The notes below the pieces were generated by a model. The model saw nothing but the letters and a program-made list of their open reading frames with translations, was not told the DNA's origin and did not search any database. Below, piece after piece: positions 45,568 to 54,236 of a stretch of DNA of 64,000 bases (positions within the stretch are counted from its first letter, which is position 1; every line of letters begins with the position of its first letter). Where the stretch lies: positions 6,045 to 70,044 of the IMG/VR virus record IMGVR_UViG_3300010361_000011; one strand, given 5' to 3'. The DNA is from a virus (taxonomy: Duplodnaviria; Caudoviricetes). The translations under genes and the position numbers were made by a program.

Positions 45568-46299
45568 ATGGCAGGAAGACCTGTCGTTATTATCGGTGAG
45601 CTTTACGACCCATCGCTGAGCGTTGGCTATCCATTGCCGCCCGCAGGAGTCGGAGCCCCTCCAGGGATTTGGGGGCCGCCCGGTCCCTGGCCGAGCCCAC
45701 CGATCCATCTACCACCAGCACAGCCGCCGGGGATTTGGCCACCGGCTGGTGTCGTCACCCCGCCCATTTACTATCCTCCGGTGATCTCGGGACCGCCCGG
45801 CCCGTGGCCGCAGCCCCCATTCCATCCCGGCGGACCACCTCCTGGGATTTGGCCACCGGCTGGCGTCGTGTCACCGCCGATCTACTACCCGCCGGAAATC
45901 TGGCCCCAGCCACCGGCCAAACCGCCGCTCGGCATTTGGGGAGGTGGCAACGTGCCAATGCCCACGCCGCCGATCTATATTCCACCTACTGGAGGTGGTG
46001 GACAGCCTCCCGGCATCTGGGGACCGCTTCCCGGATTCCCAACTCATCCGATTGTGCTGCCTCCGGGAACCCTTCCAGATCACCCCGAGCACCCAATCGT
46101 GATCCCGCCAGACCCAGGTGTGCCTGGAGTACCGGCGCATCCCATCGTGCTGCCGCCACCCGGTTCACCACCGGATCAGAAACCGGAAGTGCTCGAAAAT
46201 TGGGATGTGAAATCCTACTGGTCGCCGACAACCGGCTGGGGCGTTGCAATTGTACCAGCAGAGGAGCATCCGGGCGTTCCAACGCCCTCCAAAAGCTGA
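45568..46299 (+). CDS. proline-rich repeat protein
   Basis: AGGAG RBS; PPGIW repeats and HPIVLPP repeats. Confidence 0.75.
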   Translation: MAGRPVVIIGELYDPSLSVGYPLPPAGVGAPPGIWGPPGPWPSPPIHLPPAQPPGIWPPAGVVTPPIYYPPVISGPPGPWPQPPFHPGGPPPGIWPPAGVVSPPIYYPPEIWPQPPAKPPLGIWGGGNVPMPTPPIYIPPTGGGGQPPGIWGPLPGFPTHPIVLPPGTLPDHPEHPIVIPPDPGVPGVPAHPIVLPPPGSPPDQKPEVLENWDVKSYWSPTTGWGVAIVPAEEHPGVPTPSKS

Positions 46300-46373
46300 A
46301 GGCCGTAGAAGATTAAGGCGGCGTGGAGGTTGAGCTTCTTCCCGCCGATCCTAGGTACCGCAGGAAGGTAGAA

Positions 46374-46480
46374 GGGACGCGGCGTCTCCTAGGCTGCCGC
46401 GTCCCCGCAAATACATCCGAGCCCAATCAGCCCCCCTGAAAGTTCGGATGCGGGGGCCGTCATTCATCCCGGCGGCCCCC
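46374..46480 (+). other. tandem hairpins upstream of the lysis genes
   Basis: Inverted repeats 46374-83/46396-405 (10 bp), 46414-20/46444-50 (7 bp) and 46452-59/46473-80 (8 bp). Confidence 0.6.
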
Positions 46481-46500
46481 AATTCAGGTATAGTCGAGCC

Positions 46501-46893
46501 ATGATTCCTCGGCTCGAAGACATGACGATCGGACAGCGCATCGCGCTGACGTTCATAATCGTTCTGATAATTCTATTCGCGTTTGCTCTCGCAGGATTTC
46601 TCACTGGGCGGTGGGAGGAGGCACAAGCCCAGCAACGCGAGATATTGCCGCCGCGCGTGTCGACCAAATGGGATGCTCGCATATTGGAGTTAGATTTAGA
46701 GGCATTGGATCGTGCTTACATTGAGAACAGCGTTAGGCTTTTTTCTGTGTGGATGCGAGATGAGAGCGATCAACCGCGACGAATGCTCGTTGGTCTGAGC
46801 CAATCGCGGCGAGCGTATAACGAGGCGCGAGATCGGATCGAGACGCACAAGCGGGACGTGGAGCAAGAGAAGATCAAAGGCCAGCGGCAATGA
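46501..46893 (+). CDS. single-TM membrane protein in the lysis cassette
   Basis: N-terminal hydrophobic helix followed by a soluble helical domain. Confidence 0.65.
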   Translation: MIPRLEDMTIGQRIALTFIIVLIILFAFALAGFLTGRWEEAQAQQREILPPRVSTKWDARILELDLEALDRAYIENSVRLFSVWMRDESDQPRRMLVGLSQSRRAYNEARDRIETHKRDVEQEKIKGQRQ

Positions 46894-47102
46894 ATCCCAA
46901 CGTCGGCCATGAGGCGGGTGAGACTGCGCGCACGGTGGTCGAGGCGCTGAAGACAACCCCAGCGATGCTCGCGTTGGTGATATTCAATCTGTTGTTTCTC
47001 GGCATGGTGACGTACATCCAGCACACCAACGGCGAGCGTTGGCAGGAATTGCTTAAAGCAACACTTCAGCAGTGCGGGCCGAAATCGGAGGATAAAAAAT
47101 GA
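46890..47102 (+). CDS. putative holin-like single-TM protein
   Basis: AMLALVIFNLLFLGMVTYI helix; directly precedes the endolysin. Confidence 0.55.
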   Translation: MNPNVGHEAGETARTVVEALKTTPAMLALVIFNLLFLGMVTYIQHTNGERWQELLKATLQQCGPKSEDKK

Positions 47103-48121
47103 AGATAGCCATCAGTCCAGGGCACGGCACAAAGATTCGCGGTGCCGCAGGACCGGAGCCCTGGGGTCTGGACGAGGTAGATGAAGCGCAATCCCTGGTG
47201 CCGATGATTGCGAACCACATGCGAGCTGGCGGCGCCGAGGTCGAGGAGATCGTAGATCATCACTCGACTACGCAGGACCAGAACCTGGACTGGCTTGTCG
47301 ACCAGCACAACGCAGCCTTTGATGGTGATCATGGCGACGATCGGCTGGACATTTCAGTCCACTATAATGCGTATCAGATCACGACCACGACGCCGCGCGG
47401 CACCGAGGTCTGGTACTTTTCCCAGGATGATCTCGCGTTTGCCATTGCTTCTGAGGTGGCACTGTCCTCAGGGCTCATAGATCGAGGCGGCAAGCAGACC
47501 AGTTCACTTTATTTTTTGAGCAACACGATCTGCAAAAGCATCTTGCTGGAAATATGCTTCGTCGATTCGAAACCCGACTGTGACCTCTACCGCCGCTCGA
47601 AGGAGCAGATCGCAGAGAGCATAGCCAGAACGATCGTCGGCGAAGCTGACAGCTTCCCGGGACGTCCCGATCGCCCGCCGCGCCCCGAGCCGCCGCCGGT
47701 CGAGGGCGCGCTGCTGCACGTCCAGGGCAGGTGCTCGTGGTTCGGTGGGCCGGACGACACCGGAGTGTCAAGCGATGAAGGGCTTGCCTTCATCTATCCC
47801 GATGACGTCGATCAGTTCGCGCACCTGTTCCTTTCGAACCAGCCTACGGGAACGTCAGGGCTTGCTCGCAGGCTCGACCCTGATACCTGCTACATCGCCT
47901 GTCGGTGGGACTATGAAATGACCAGTAAGGAAATGCTCCGAGATCAGAAGCGCAAAGCATTGGTGCGCGCCAACGGGAAAGAAATACTTTGCTATCCAAG
48001 TGACTGGGGGCCGCATGGCGACACGTCGAGGGTCTGTGACCTCAGTCCCAAGGCGATGCAAATCCTCGGGCTCATGACCGATGACAGTTGCGAGGTGATC
48101 TATCCCGCTCCGCAGGATTAG
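47099..48121 (+). CDS. endolysin: N-acetylmuramoyl-L-alanine amidase (Amidase_3) + RlpA-like DPBB domain
   Basis: AISPGHG, DE, ISVHYNA, ILLEICFVDS; C-terminal SWFGG and DWGP...RVCDLSP. Confidence 0.9.
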   Translation: MKIAISPGHGTKIRGAAGPEPWGLDEVDEAQSLVPMIANHMRAGGAEVEEIVDHHSTTQDQNLDWLVDQHNAAFDGDHGDDRLDISVHYNAYQITTTTPRGTEVWYFSQDDLAFAIASEVALSSGLIDRGGKQTSSLYFLSNTICKSILLEICFVDSKPDCDLYRRSKEQIAESIARTIVGEADSFPGRPDRPPRPEPPPVEGALLHVQGRCSWFGGPDDTGVSSDEGLAFIYPDDVDQFAHLFLSNQPTGTSGLARRLDPDTCYIACRWDYEMTSKEMLRDQKRKALVRANGKEILCYPSDWGPHGDTSRVCDLSPKAMQILGLMTDDSCEVIYPAPQD

Positions 48122-48333
48122 CGATCTCCAAACCACATCGGATATACGACCTCGACGGCGAGCCAACCCAGCACCAGCATCAGCGGGATCATCACCAGCG
48201 CCTTCCACGGGTCGGCATACTGGATGTACTCGATCGAGCCGTAGACGACGCCGGCGGCCGCCACCACCATCACGAAGTTCCAGAATAGCCTACGTTGACC
48301 CGGAGTTGGTTGTAACATTCTTAATTTGCTCAC
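48118..48333 (-). CDS. two-TM membrane protein
   Basis: Two hydrophobic helices; converges on the endolysin. Confidence 0.6.
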   Translation of the reverse strand: MSKLRMLQPTPGQRRLFWNFVMVVAAAGVVYGSIEYIQYADPWKALVMIPLMLVLGWLAVEVVYPMWFGDR

Positions 48334-48463
48334 GGAGTTCCTTGATTTGCCCCATCAGGTATTCGATCGTGTCGTCTTGCCGATCCAATCGTGCTTTGAA
48401 CAGTATGTAGAGCCGCCGATATGCTGCCTGCCGTGCGGGTTCGTCGGGCGACCACCGATGCAT
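48290..48463 (-). CDS. short coiled-coil protein
   Basis: Likely start MHRWSPD at 48463. Confidence 0.4.
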   Translation of the reverse strand: MHRWSPDEPARQAAYRRLYILFKARLDRQDDTIEYLMGQIKELREQIKNVTTNSGST

Positions 48464-48464
48464 T

Positions 48465-48743
48465 TTACTTCCCGGGCAGTTGATCGAGCACCTTACCGTG
48501 GGGATCGTACAAGGTCCATTTGCCGTCGCGATCGCGTGCGATGGTGGCGATCGGTTCACCCTTGAGATCGCGGATATAGATGCCGCCGAGTGAGAAGGTT
48601 GCGGTACCGATCGCCTTGCCTTCGGCATCGTTGAACGGCACGGTCTTCGGCAGACCTTGCGCCGCTGCGGAGGCGATGAAAAGAAAGCCTGCGCCCCATA
48701 GGGCGCAGGTAGCAGTTGTGAGTTTTCCCGTATTACGCAACAC
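48465..48743 (-). CDS. small secreted protein
   Basis: Signal-peptide-like N-terminus ending ASAAAQ. Confidence 0.6.
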   Translation of the reverse strand: MLRNTGKLTTATCALWGAGFLFIASAAAQGLPKTVPFNDAEGKAIGTATFSLGGIYIRDLKGEPIATIARDRDGKWTLYDPHGKVLDQLPGK

Positions 48744-49584
48744 GACGCTTACGGTACCGGTTCAAGCCGACCATCCCGAGCAAGGACGCGATCAGCCCCG
48801 GCAAGCCAGCGCCCACGATCGGCCCGGGCACCTGAGCGAACGCCAGGAAGCTCTCCTGACCATCGGTCGAGGCGAAGCAACCGCCCGGTGATGGGAAGCC
48901 GCCGATGATGGCAGCACCGGGACAAACTTGCCCCGGCAGTCCCGTCCCGAAGGACGCCGACAGCCCCTCGAACACGGTGTTGCACGCCACACCGATCGTG
49001 CAGCCTGCTGCGATCAGCGTGTTGTTGAACAACGTTTGCTCGGCGGGGCTCAACCCGATGTTAAACACCGCGTTGCCGTTGCCCTGCTGGATATTCAACA
49101 GTGCTTGGCTGATGTTGATCGGCTGGCTGCCCGAGAAGTTCGCGAGCGCGACACCGGCCGAGTTGTACAACGTCAACACCAGACTGTTGAACGTAAGCGC
49201 TGTAGTGCCACCGGTCTCGTTGGTGTCGAGGCCGATGCCAACTTTAGCACCACTGGTCCAACCTAACGCTCCGACCGAATAGACAAAGGTTTTGTCCACT
49301 TCGACTTGAGGCTGGTTGTTACAGGTCGCATTGTTGGTGCAGATGGTACCAAGACCACCCAGACCGGGCGCGGGCAGACCAGTAAAGAATCCGGTGCCAC
49401 CACCCGGCAGGGCGAAGGACCCGCCTGCTTCACTCCCGTTATTCTGGATGTTGAGCAGGCGCGGCGCATTTCCGAACCCGGCTGCTCCGAGATCGGCGAA
49501 GACCCCCTGTTCCAGGACGAGGTCAGCCTTGGCGGGGAAAAGCCCGAAGCCAAGGATAGTCGCGACTAGTAATACCCTCTTCAT
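48733..49584 (-). CDS. PEP-CTERM-like (VPGPxxGAGLP) exosortase-substrate surface protein
   Basis: GGAG RBS; signal peptide MKRVLLVATILGFGLFPAKA; C-terminus VPGPIVGAGLPGLIASLLGMVGLNRYRKRRVA. Confidence 0.85.
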   Translation of the reverse strand: MKRVLLVATILGFGLFPAKADLVLEQGVFADLGAAGFGNAPRLLNIQNNGSEAGGSFALPGGGTGFFTGLPAPGLGGLGTICTNNATCNNQPQVEVDKTFVYSVGALGWTSGAKVGIGLDTNETGGTTALTFNSLVLTLYNSAGVALANFSGSQPINISQALLNIQQGNGNAVFNIGLSPAEQTLFNNTLIAAGCTIGVACNTVFEGLSASFGTGLPGQVCPGAAIIGGFPSPGGCFASTDGQESFLAFAQVPGPIVGAGLPGLIASLLGMVGLNRYRKRRVA

Positions 49585-49702
49585 TTGAACTCCTGTGTTG
49601 AGGGTGGAAGGTTTCTTGTTGCCCATCCAAGTTTCCTCCGAAAAAAAACTCTGCTCGCGCGACGTCAGATTCTCAACAGTTAATTTTTGGATTAGGTAAG
49701 AC

Positions 49703-50005
49703 TTACTTACGCGGACCAATTAGTCGCGTTAGAAACTGATCCGTGAGATTACGGTATTCCTCGGCTAAGCGCCGGCACTCTGTGCTGAAGAGCCGCGCGG
49801 TGTTGTCGGCATCGTCGCCGACTTGGTCGAGGAAATCGGCCGCGTGACGGGCCATGTGATAGATGTTGGCTTTCTGGCCTGCCTCGACTGGCTGCCCTAA
49901 TACGTTGCCCGGGACAGGCTTGCCGGATGCCTGCCGCATCGCGGCGATAGCTTGGTCGCGTCGTTGCTCGTCACTGGGCGGCTTCTGTTCCATGCTTCTC
50001 TCCAT
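49703..50005 (-). CDS. hypothetical protein
   Basis: ORF track; part of the minus-strand operon. Confidence 0.55.
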   Translation of the reverse strand: MERSMEQKPPSDEQRRDQAIAAMRQASGKPVPGNVLGQPVEAGQKANIYHMARHAADFLDQVGDDADNTARLFSTECRRLAEEYRNLTDQFLTRLIGPRK

Positions 50006-50366
50006 CGTTCAGCGCGCGGCACTTTAGACGTGCGGCATGGCGGCTACGCAGTACCTCGATGACGTCGTTGTGCATCCTGATCTTGCTCTTGTCGCGATCG
50101 ACGATCGCCCACCCATCGGCGATCTTGGCGACGGCGTAGCGCGGCAGCACTCTGACCGTATGGCCTTCCATCTTACGCTCCTTGTGATTGAGGACCGCTC
50201 GGCCCTCAGCGGTGATCTCCCATCCCCTCAGCGTAGCTCGTAACAATCCAGATCGTATTGCTGCGCGCCAAATCCGCTTGCTGATGTTGGTTTGCAATCT
50301 GGCGCGATGCGGCAGGTATTCGACCTGGGCTGCGGCCTTGAGCAGGAGGTTTCGCTTCCAAGTCAT
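49971..50366 (-). CDS. hypothetical protein, winged-helix-like N-terminus
   Basis: IRSGLL...WEITAEGRAVL pattern. Confidence 0.5.
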   Translation of the reverse strand: MTWKRNLLLKAAAQVEYLPHRARLQTNISKRIWRAAIRSGLLRATLRGWEITAEGRAVLNHKERKMEGHTVRVLPRYAVAKIADGWAIVDRDKSKIRMHNDVIEVLRSRHAARLKCRALNDGEKHGTEAAQ

Positions 50367-50806
50367 ACCGGGCGCATCAGCTCCTCGATTTCCCGCTTGA
50401 GTTCGTTGTCCTTCATGCCCGGGAATACCTGTTCTCGGATGATGCCCTGAATCTTTGCCGTCAGCAGGCGAAGTTGCTCATCGCTGATTCGCGTCAGGCT
50501 GTTACCACGTGGCACCAGCTTTTGCAGGCGCGTGTCCCACACCATCTTGTAAAACTTGGCCGCGATTTTCAGGCCTTCCATGGCATCGTCCTTATCGCGA
50601 AACAGCTCGCTATTCTCGGCCACTTTGTGCACGAGCCCCCAAAGGTATCTCAGCTGCTCGATGCGTCTCTCTGTCCACAGCTTCGCCATCAGCTCCTTGT
50701 TTAAGGCAAATATCGCGAGGTCGTCGTCGGCCATCTGCGAGTCGGCGAACAAGCCGACTTCATTGCCGAAACGTGCACACCTCTTGATGAGAAACGTCTC
50801 GATCAT
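50363..50806 (-). CDS. DUF1367/NinB-like recombination accessory protein
   Basis: RRIEQLRYLWGLVHKVA...LKIAA...PRGNSL; ATGA overlap with erf. Confidence 0.6.
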   Translation of the reverse strand: MIETFLIKRCARFGNEVGLFADSQMADDDLAIFALNKELMAKLWTERRIEQLRYLWGLVHKVAENSELFRDKDDAMEGLKIAAKFYKMVWDTRLQKLVPRGNSLTRISDEQLRLLTAKIQGIIREQVFPGMKDNELKREIEELMRPV

Positions 50807-51933
50807 GTGGTGGCGAACCGCTGCTCGGTGCGCTGCCATTCTTTCATCAGCAGTTCCCAATCAACAATCTCGAACTCGCTTTCGTGCGGCGCGACTTTCT
50901 GGTTCCAGAACGTCTCGGCCTCTTGGTAGCTCAGAAAACGCTGAAGCTGGTTGGCGACCCAGTTCATTGCTTCCTGTGCATCTGGCTTGGGATTGGGCAT
51001 GCTGCCGTTGAGATCGCTGAGCCGGCGAGTGACGGCGGCCTCTATTTGCTCATATACGCCTGGATACTTTTCGCTGAGCGATTGCAACGCCTGATCGTTG
51101 GCGACGTCCCATTGCTTGATCTCTGCTTCCGATACTGCTGACGTAACCGCGCGGATGTAGGCGCTCGCCCACTGATCTGCACCAGCACCCTGGCCCAGGG
51201 TGATGCGACGCGGCCCAGTCGAAACCTGCTCGGCGGGAGCGGCCTCGCGCGACGTCGATTTTTGCTCTTGCTCTTTTGGTCCCGGAACGGAGCGGCGTTC
51301 CTGACGTTGATTCGCGTCGCTCTCATCAACATCATCGAAGTCGCCAGCTGGTACTTGGAACAGAGCCATCAGGAAGTATTTTCTGGCGTTCGTGTGCGCT
51401 TTGCTTATCGCCTTGTCGTCCCAGTTGCCCTTGCTGTCTCTGGCAATGGCCATGCCGGTGTGACGGGGACGCTTCGGCCATATCTCGCCGCTCTTATGGA
51501 AAATGCTGAACTCGTACACGACGGCAACACGGTTGCCCTCGATGTTCTTGATCTCGATCTCGTCCTGGACGATCGCAAGCCCGGCTTGGCCCATCAGCGG
51601 CGTGATTGCCTCTAGGAGATCGCCCATCGTGACGTAATGGTAGTGGTGAAAGGGGTTGTAACCGGACTTCTTGATGTGTCCGACCTGGGCCATGATCGAG
51701 CTGATCGCGCCCGCGATGTTGCCAACCGGACCAACGGCGGAAAAGGGCTCCGGTGCAATTATGCCCATGGGCATCTGCACGAGACCAGATCGCACCTCGC
51801 GTTGTTCCCCGCTCACAAGCTGTGGCGACATGCGCTGCTGTTCGCGTAGCTCGGTCGCGCGCTGGGAAATGCTCTGCTGCGTGGGCTGCGGATCGCTTGG
51901 CCCGGGGACGAGGGGACGACGGGGCGTGGTCAT
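50803..51933 (-). CDS. erf: ERF-family single-strand annealing protein
   Basis: IKKSGYNPFHHYHYVT, KAISKAHTNARKYFLMALF and DDVDE motifs. Confidence 0.88.
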   Translation of the reverse strand: MTTPRRPLVPGPSDPQPTQQSISQRATELREQQRMSPQLVSGEQREVRSGLVQMPMGIIAPEPFSAVGPVGNIAGAISSIMAQVGHIKKSGYNPFHHYHYVTMGDLLEAITPLMGQAGLAIVQDEIEIKNIEGNRVAVVYEFSIFHKSGEIWPKRPRHTGMAIARDSKGNWDDKAISKAHTNARKYFLMALFQVPAGDFDDVDESDANQRQERRSVPGPKEQEQKSTSREAAPAEQVSTGPRRITLGQGAGADQWASAYIRAVTSAVSEAEIKQWDVANDQALQSLSEKYPGVYEQIEAAVTRRLSDLNGSMPNPKPDAQEAMNWVANQLQRFLSYQEAETFWNQKVAPHESEFEIVDWELLMKEWQRTEQRFATT

Positions 51934-52856
51934 ACGGCTTGGCTTTCTTCGATGGTTCGAGTTCCGGGGACGGCAATGCCTGATCGCACCGCACGGTTGG
52001 CGAGGTCTTGCACGGTCGCTCTCAGGTCTGGCGCGTCTTTGAAGAAGTCGAGGCACACAGCGTAATCGACGATCTCGGCGCGCTTCTGAGATTTCAACGT
52101 CATCGCCCGGCCGCGCGTGCCGGCGCGAGGACGGCGGGTGTCAGACACCTGCGGGGGGGCACCCGCCGCCGCCGCCGCCTCGGCCTCTGCCTTCAGACGG
52201 GCAGTCTCTTTATCGAGCCAAGGCGTCACGAGCTTCTTCTTGAGATCGCGGTAGATTTCAGCTGCTGCCAGCAATGGCCGCCACTTCTCGCGTACCGCCA
52301 GCAATCCCTGGTCATGAGGTTTCTGTTCGATCTTGCGCTGCTCGTCAGCGAGCTTCCATAGCCGCGATAGTTCATCGCCAAGATTGGCAAGCCTATCGGC
52401 TTCGTTTTGGTTCTGAACCGGCGGCCCTTTTATGCGCTTGGATGCCTCGTCGGCGAGCGGCTCGATGGCGTCACGTAATCCTTCAAACGAATTGTCCTCG
52501 GGCGGAAGATTGTCCCCCATGGGCACAAGCTCGTGCTCGTCGGGCCAAGGCTCGCCGCGCTCGGCGACGGCGCGGTAGGCTTCCTCGGTGACTGGGTGCC
52601 TGCCTACGCTGACCCACGTGTCCCTGCCTTTTTCCGGTGTCACATCTTCATCGCCGATGCGGCAGTTGAGGTCGCCGTTTTCACCGGGCCAATACGCGAC
52701 AGGTAGGTAAGTCTTGCGCGCTCCGTAGTAAGCTTTGCGGGGTTGACGATAAAAGCCCGCGTGCGGATTGCTCTCGTTCATGTCGAGCGCCGGTCCAGAC
52801 GCACCGGAAAGCTGATCGCGCCACCATTGCCAGGGATCGCGAGGTTCTTCAGCCAT
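51930..52856 (-). CDS. recombination-module hypothetical protein
   Basis: GFYR...PVAYW N-terminus; coiled coil with QKPH...W; precedes erf. Confidence 0.7.
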   Translation of the reverse strand: MAEEPRDPWQWWRDQLSGASGPALDMNESNPHAGFYRQPRKAYYGARKTYLPVAYWPGENGDLNCRIGDEDVTPEKGRDTWVSVGRHPVTEEAYRAVAERGEPWPDEHELVPMGDNLPPEDNSFEGLRDAIEPLADEASKRIKGPPVQNQNEADRLANLGDELSRLWKLADEQRKIEQKPHDQGLLAVREKWRPLLAAAEIYRDLKKKLVTPWLDKETARLKAEAEAAAAAGAPPQVSDTRRPRAGTRGRAMTLKSQKRAEIVDYAVCLDFFKDAPDLRATVQDLANRAVRSGIAVPGTRTIEESQAV

Positions 52857-53427
52857 TTGTGTCTACCTCCGCCGTTTGCTTAGCAAAGGCTTCTCGGCGT
52901 GCCTGTCTCCGGCATATTTGGTGCACACGATTGCCGCTGATCCCCAGTAGCTTTCCGATCGACCTGAATCGCAGACCGGATTTTCGCAGCAGGAGGATAA
53001 TCCGATCACGCTCCAAGAATGTTGCTCTATTTTCAGCGGTGGCTATTTGCTGTTCGGACGCCGATCGTTTTCGCTTCAACTTGGACATCTTGTTTTTGTG
53101 CGTTTCGTACTTTCGCGTCTCAATCTCAATGCGCCGATTGCGGAACCGATCTGTTGCACGTTCGATCTCTTTCGTGATGAAGTTGGGCAGTCCATGGGTT
53201 GCTCTCGTGTGCGGTACCCAATCCGAGGGCGCAAGCTCAAGGCCTAGTCCTTTCAGCAGGTCGTTTATTTCCATGAGCGAGGCACGCCCGAAGTTTGGAA
53301 CGTGTAGCAGCTCTCGCTCGGTGAGCTTTGTAAGTTCCCCTAGAGTTTTGATGCCTAGGTTTTTTAAGCAGTTGTACGGCCGGATGTTGAGCGGCAGCTC
53401 ATCGATTGATGTTGTAAGATCGGTCAT
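52849..53427 (-). CDS. RNA polymerase alpha-CTD homolog fused to a sigma70 region 4-like HTH
   Basis: SIDELPLNIRPYNCLKNLGIKTLGEL...PNFGRASLMEI; C-terminal RDRIILLLRKSGLRFRSIGKLLGISGNRVHQI. Confidence 0.85.
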   Translation of the reverse strand: MTDLTTSIDELPLNIRPYNCLKNLGIKTLGELTKLTERELLHVPNFGRASLMEINDLLKGLGLELAPSDWVPHTRATHGLPNFITKEIERATDRFRNRRIEIETRKYETHKNKMSKLKRKRSASEQQIATAENRATFLERDRIILLLRKSGLRFRSIGKLLGISGNRVHQICRRQARREAFAKQTAEVDTNG

Positions 53428-54011
53428 CGATCCACCACCTCGCCACTTATTTTGCGGCGCTTGGTCCGGTCGAAGCCGCGCGAGCGAATCTTGCGCTTGC
53501 CCCAAATGCGATTCCAGCCATCCCGGTAGGCGTCGTCGCGGCCGAGCCGATCGAGGGCTTCGCCGACGCCCTTGCGCAGGCCCGCGCTCATCGCATCTGC
53601 CATACTGAGCATTGCTTGGTTACCGGCACCAAGCGGAGGGTCGAAGTGCTCGTCGAACACCTTGGCTATTATCTTCTCAGTCTCGATGCGCTGATGCTTT
53701 TCCACCTGCTTCCAGGCGGCGCGGACGCGCTTGCTGTGGGCAATGAGCTTGGCGTCGAGTTTGGTCTTGTCGCGATGCGCCCGGATCAGCATCGGGGTCA
53801 GATTCCAGTAGGCGTCACGATTGGGATGTCCCGTCTCGTGCAAGATGTTATGATCGAACTCGAACAAGGACAGGAACTGGTCCTCAGTCATCTTCTTGGC
53901 GTCGTCGTACCATCTCGGGGCGATAGGGCCGCCGCGCTCGTGCATCAACATGCTATCCAGCAGCGCTGCGGCGCAGCGTGTTTTCCAGGAGATAGGCTTG
54001 CGTGCTGTCAT
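53424..54011 (-). CDS. HNH-like endonuclease
   Basis: EFDHNILHE...N...NLTPM...HRDKT pattern. Confidence 0.65.
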   Translation of the reverse strand: MTARKPISWKTRCAAALLDSMLMHERGGPIAPRWYDDAKKMTEDQFLSLFEFDHNILHETGHPNRDAYWNLTPMLIRAHRDKTKLDAKLIAHSKRVRAAWKQVEKHQRIETEKIIAKVFDEHFDPPLGAGNQAMLSMADAMSAGLRKGVGEALDRLGRDDAYRDGWNRIWGKRKIRSRGFDRTKRRKISGEVVDR

Positions 54012-54025
54012 TGCGGCTGCTATAC

Positions 54026-54046
54026 AGAGCGGTATATAGAGCGGTA
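54026..54046. promoter_or_regulatory. direct-repeat operator in a divergent junction
   Basis: AGAGCGGTA at 54026-54034 and 54038-54046, inside a 39-bp gap between divergent genes. Confidence 0.55.
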
Positions 54047-54050
54047 CACC

Positions 54051-54236
54051 ATGACTGTCAATCAATACGACGATAGAATCCCAGTCTCGTTCCGGCTTTC
54101 GCGCGAGCTGGTCGAGCGCATGCGGATTGTTGCTGCTGCGCGGCGTTGGCCTCCTCCCCCGACACAGACCGACATCGTAAATCGAGGCATCGAGCTTGCC
54201 CTGGCGGAATACAAGCGAAAGTCCAAGCGTGCTTAG
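54051..54236 (+). CDS. ribbon-helix-helix regulator
   Basis: IPVSFRLSRELVERMR...TQTDIVNRGIELAL. Confidence 0.75.
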   Translation: MTVNQYDDRIPVSFRLSRELVERMRIVAAARRWPPPPTQTDIVNRGIELALAEYKRKSKRA

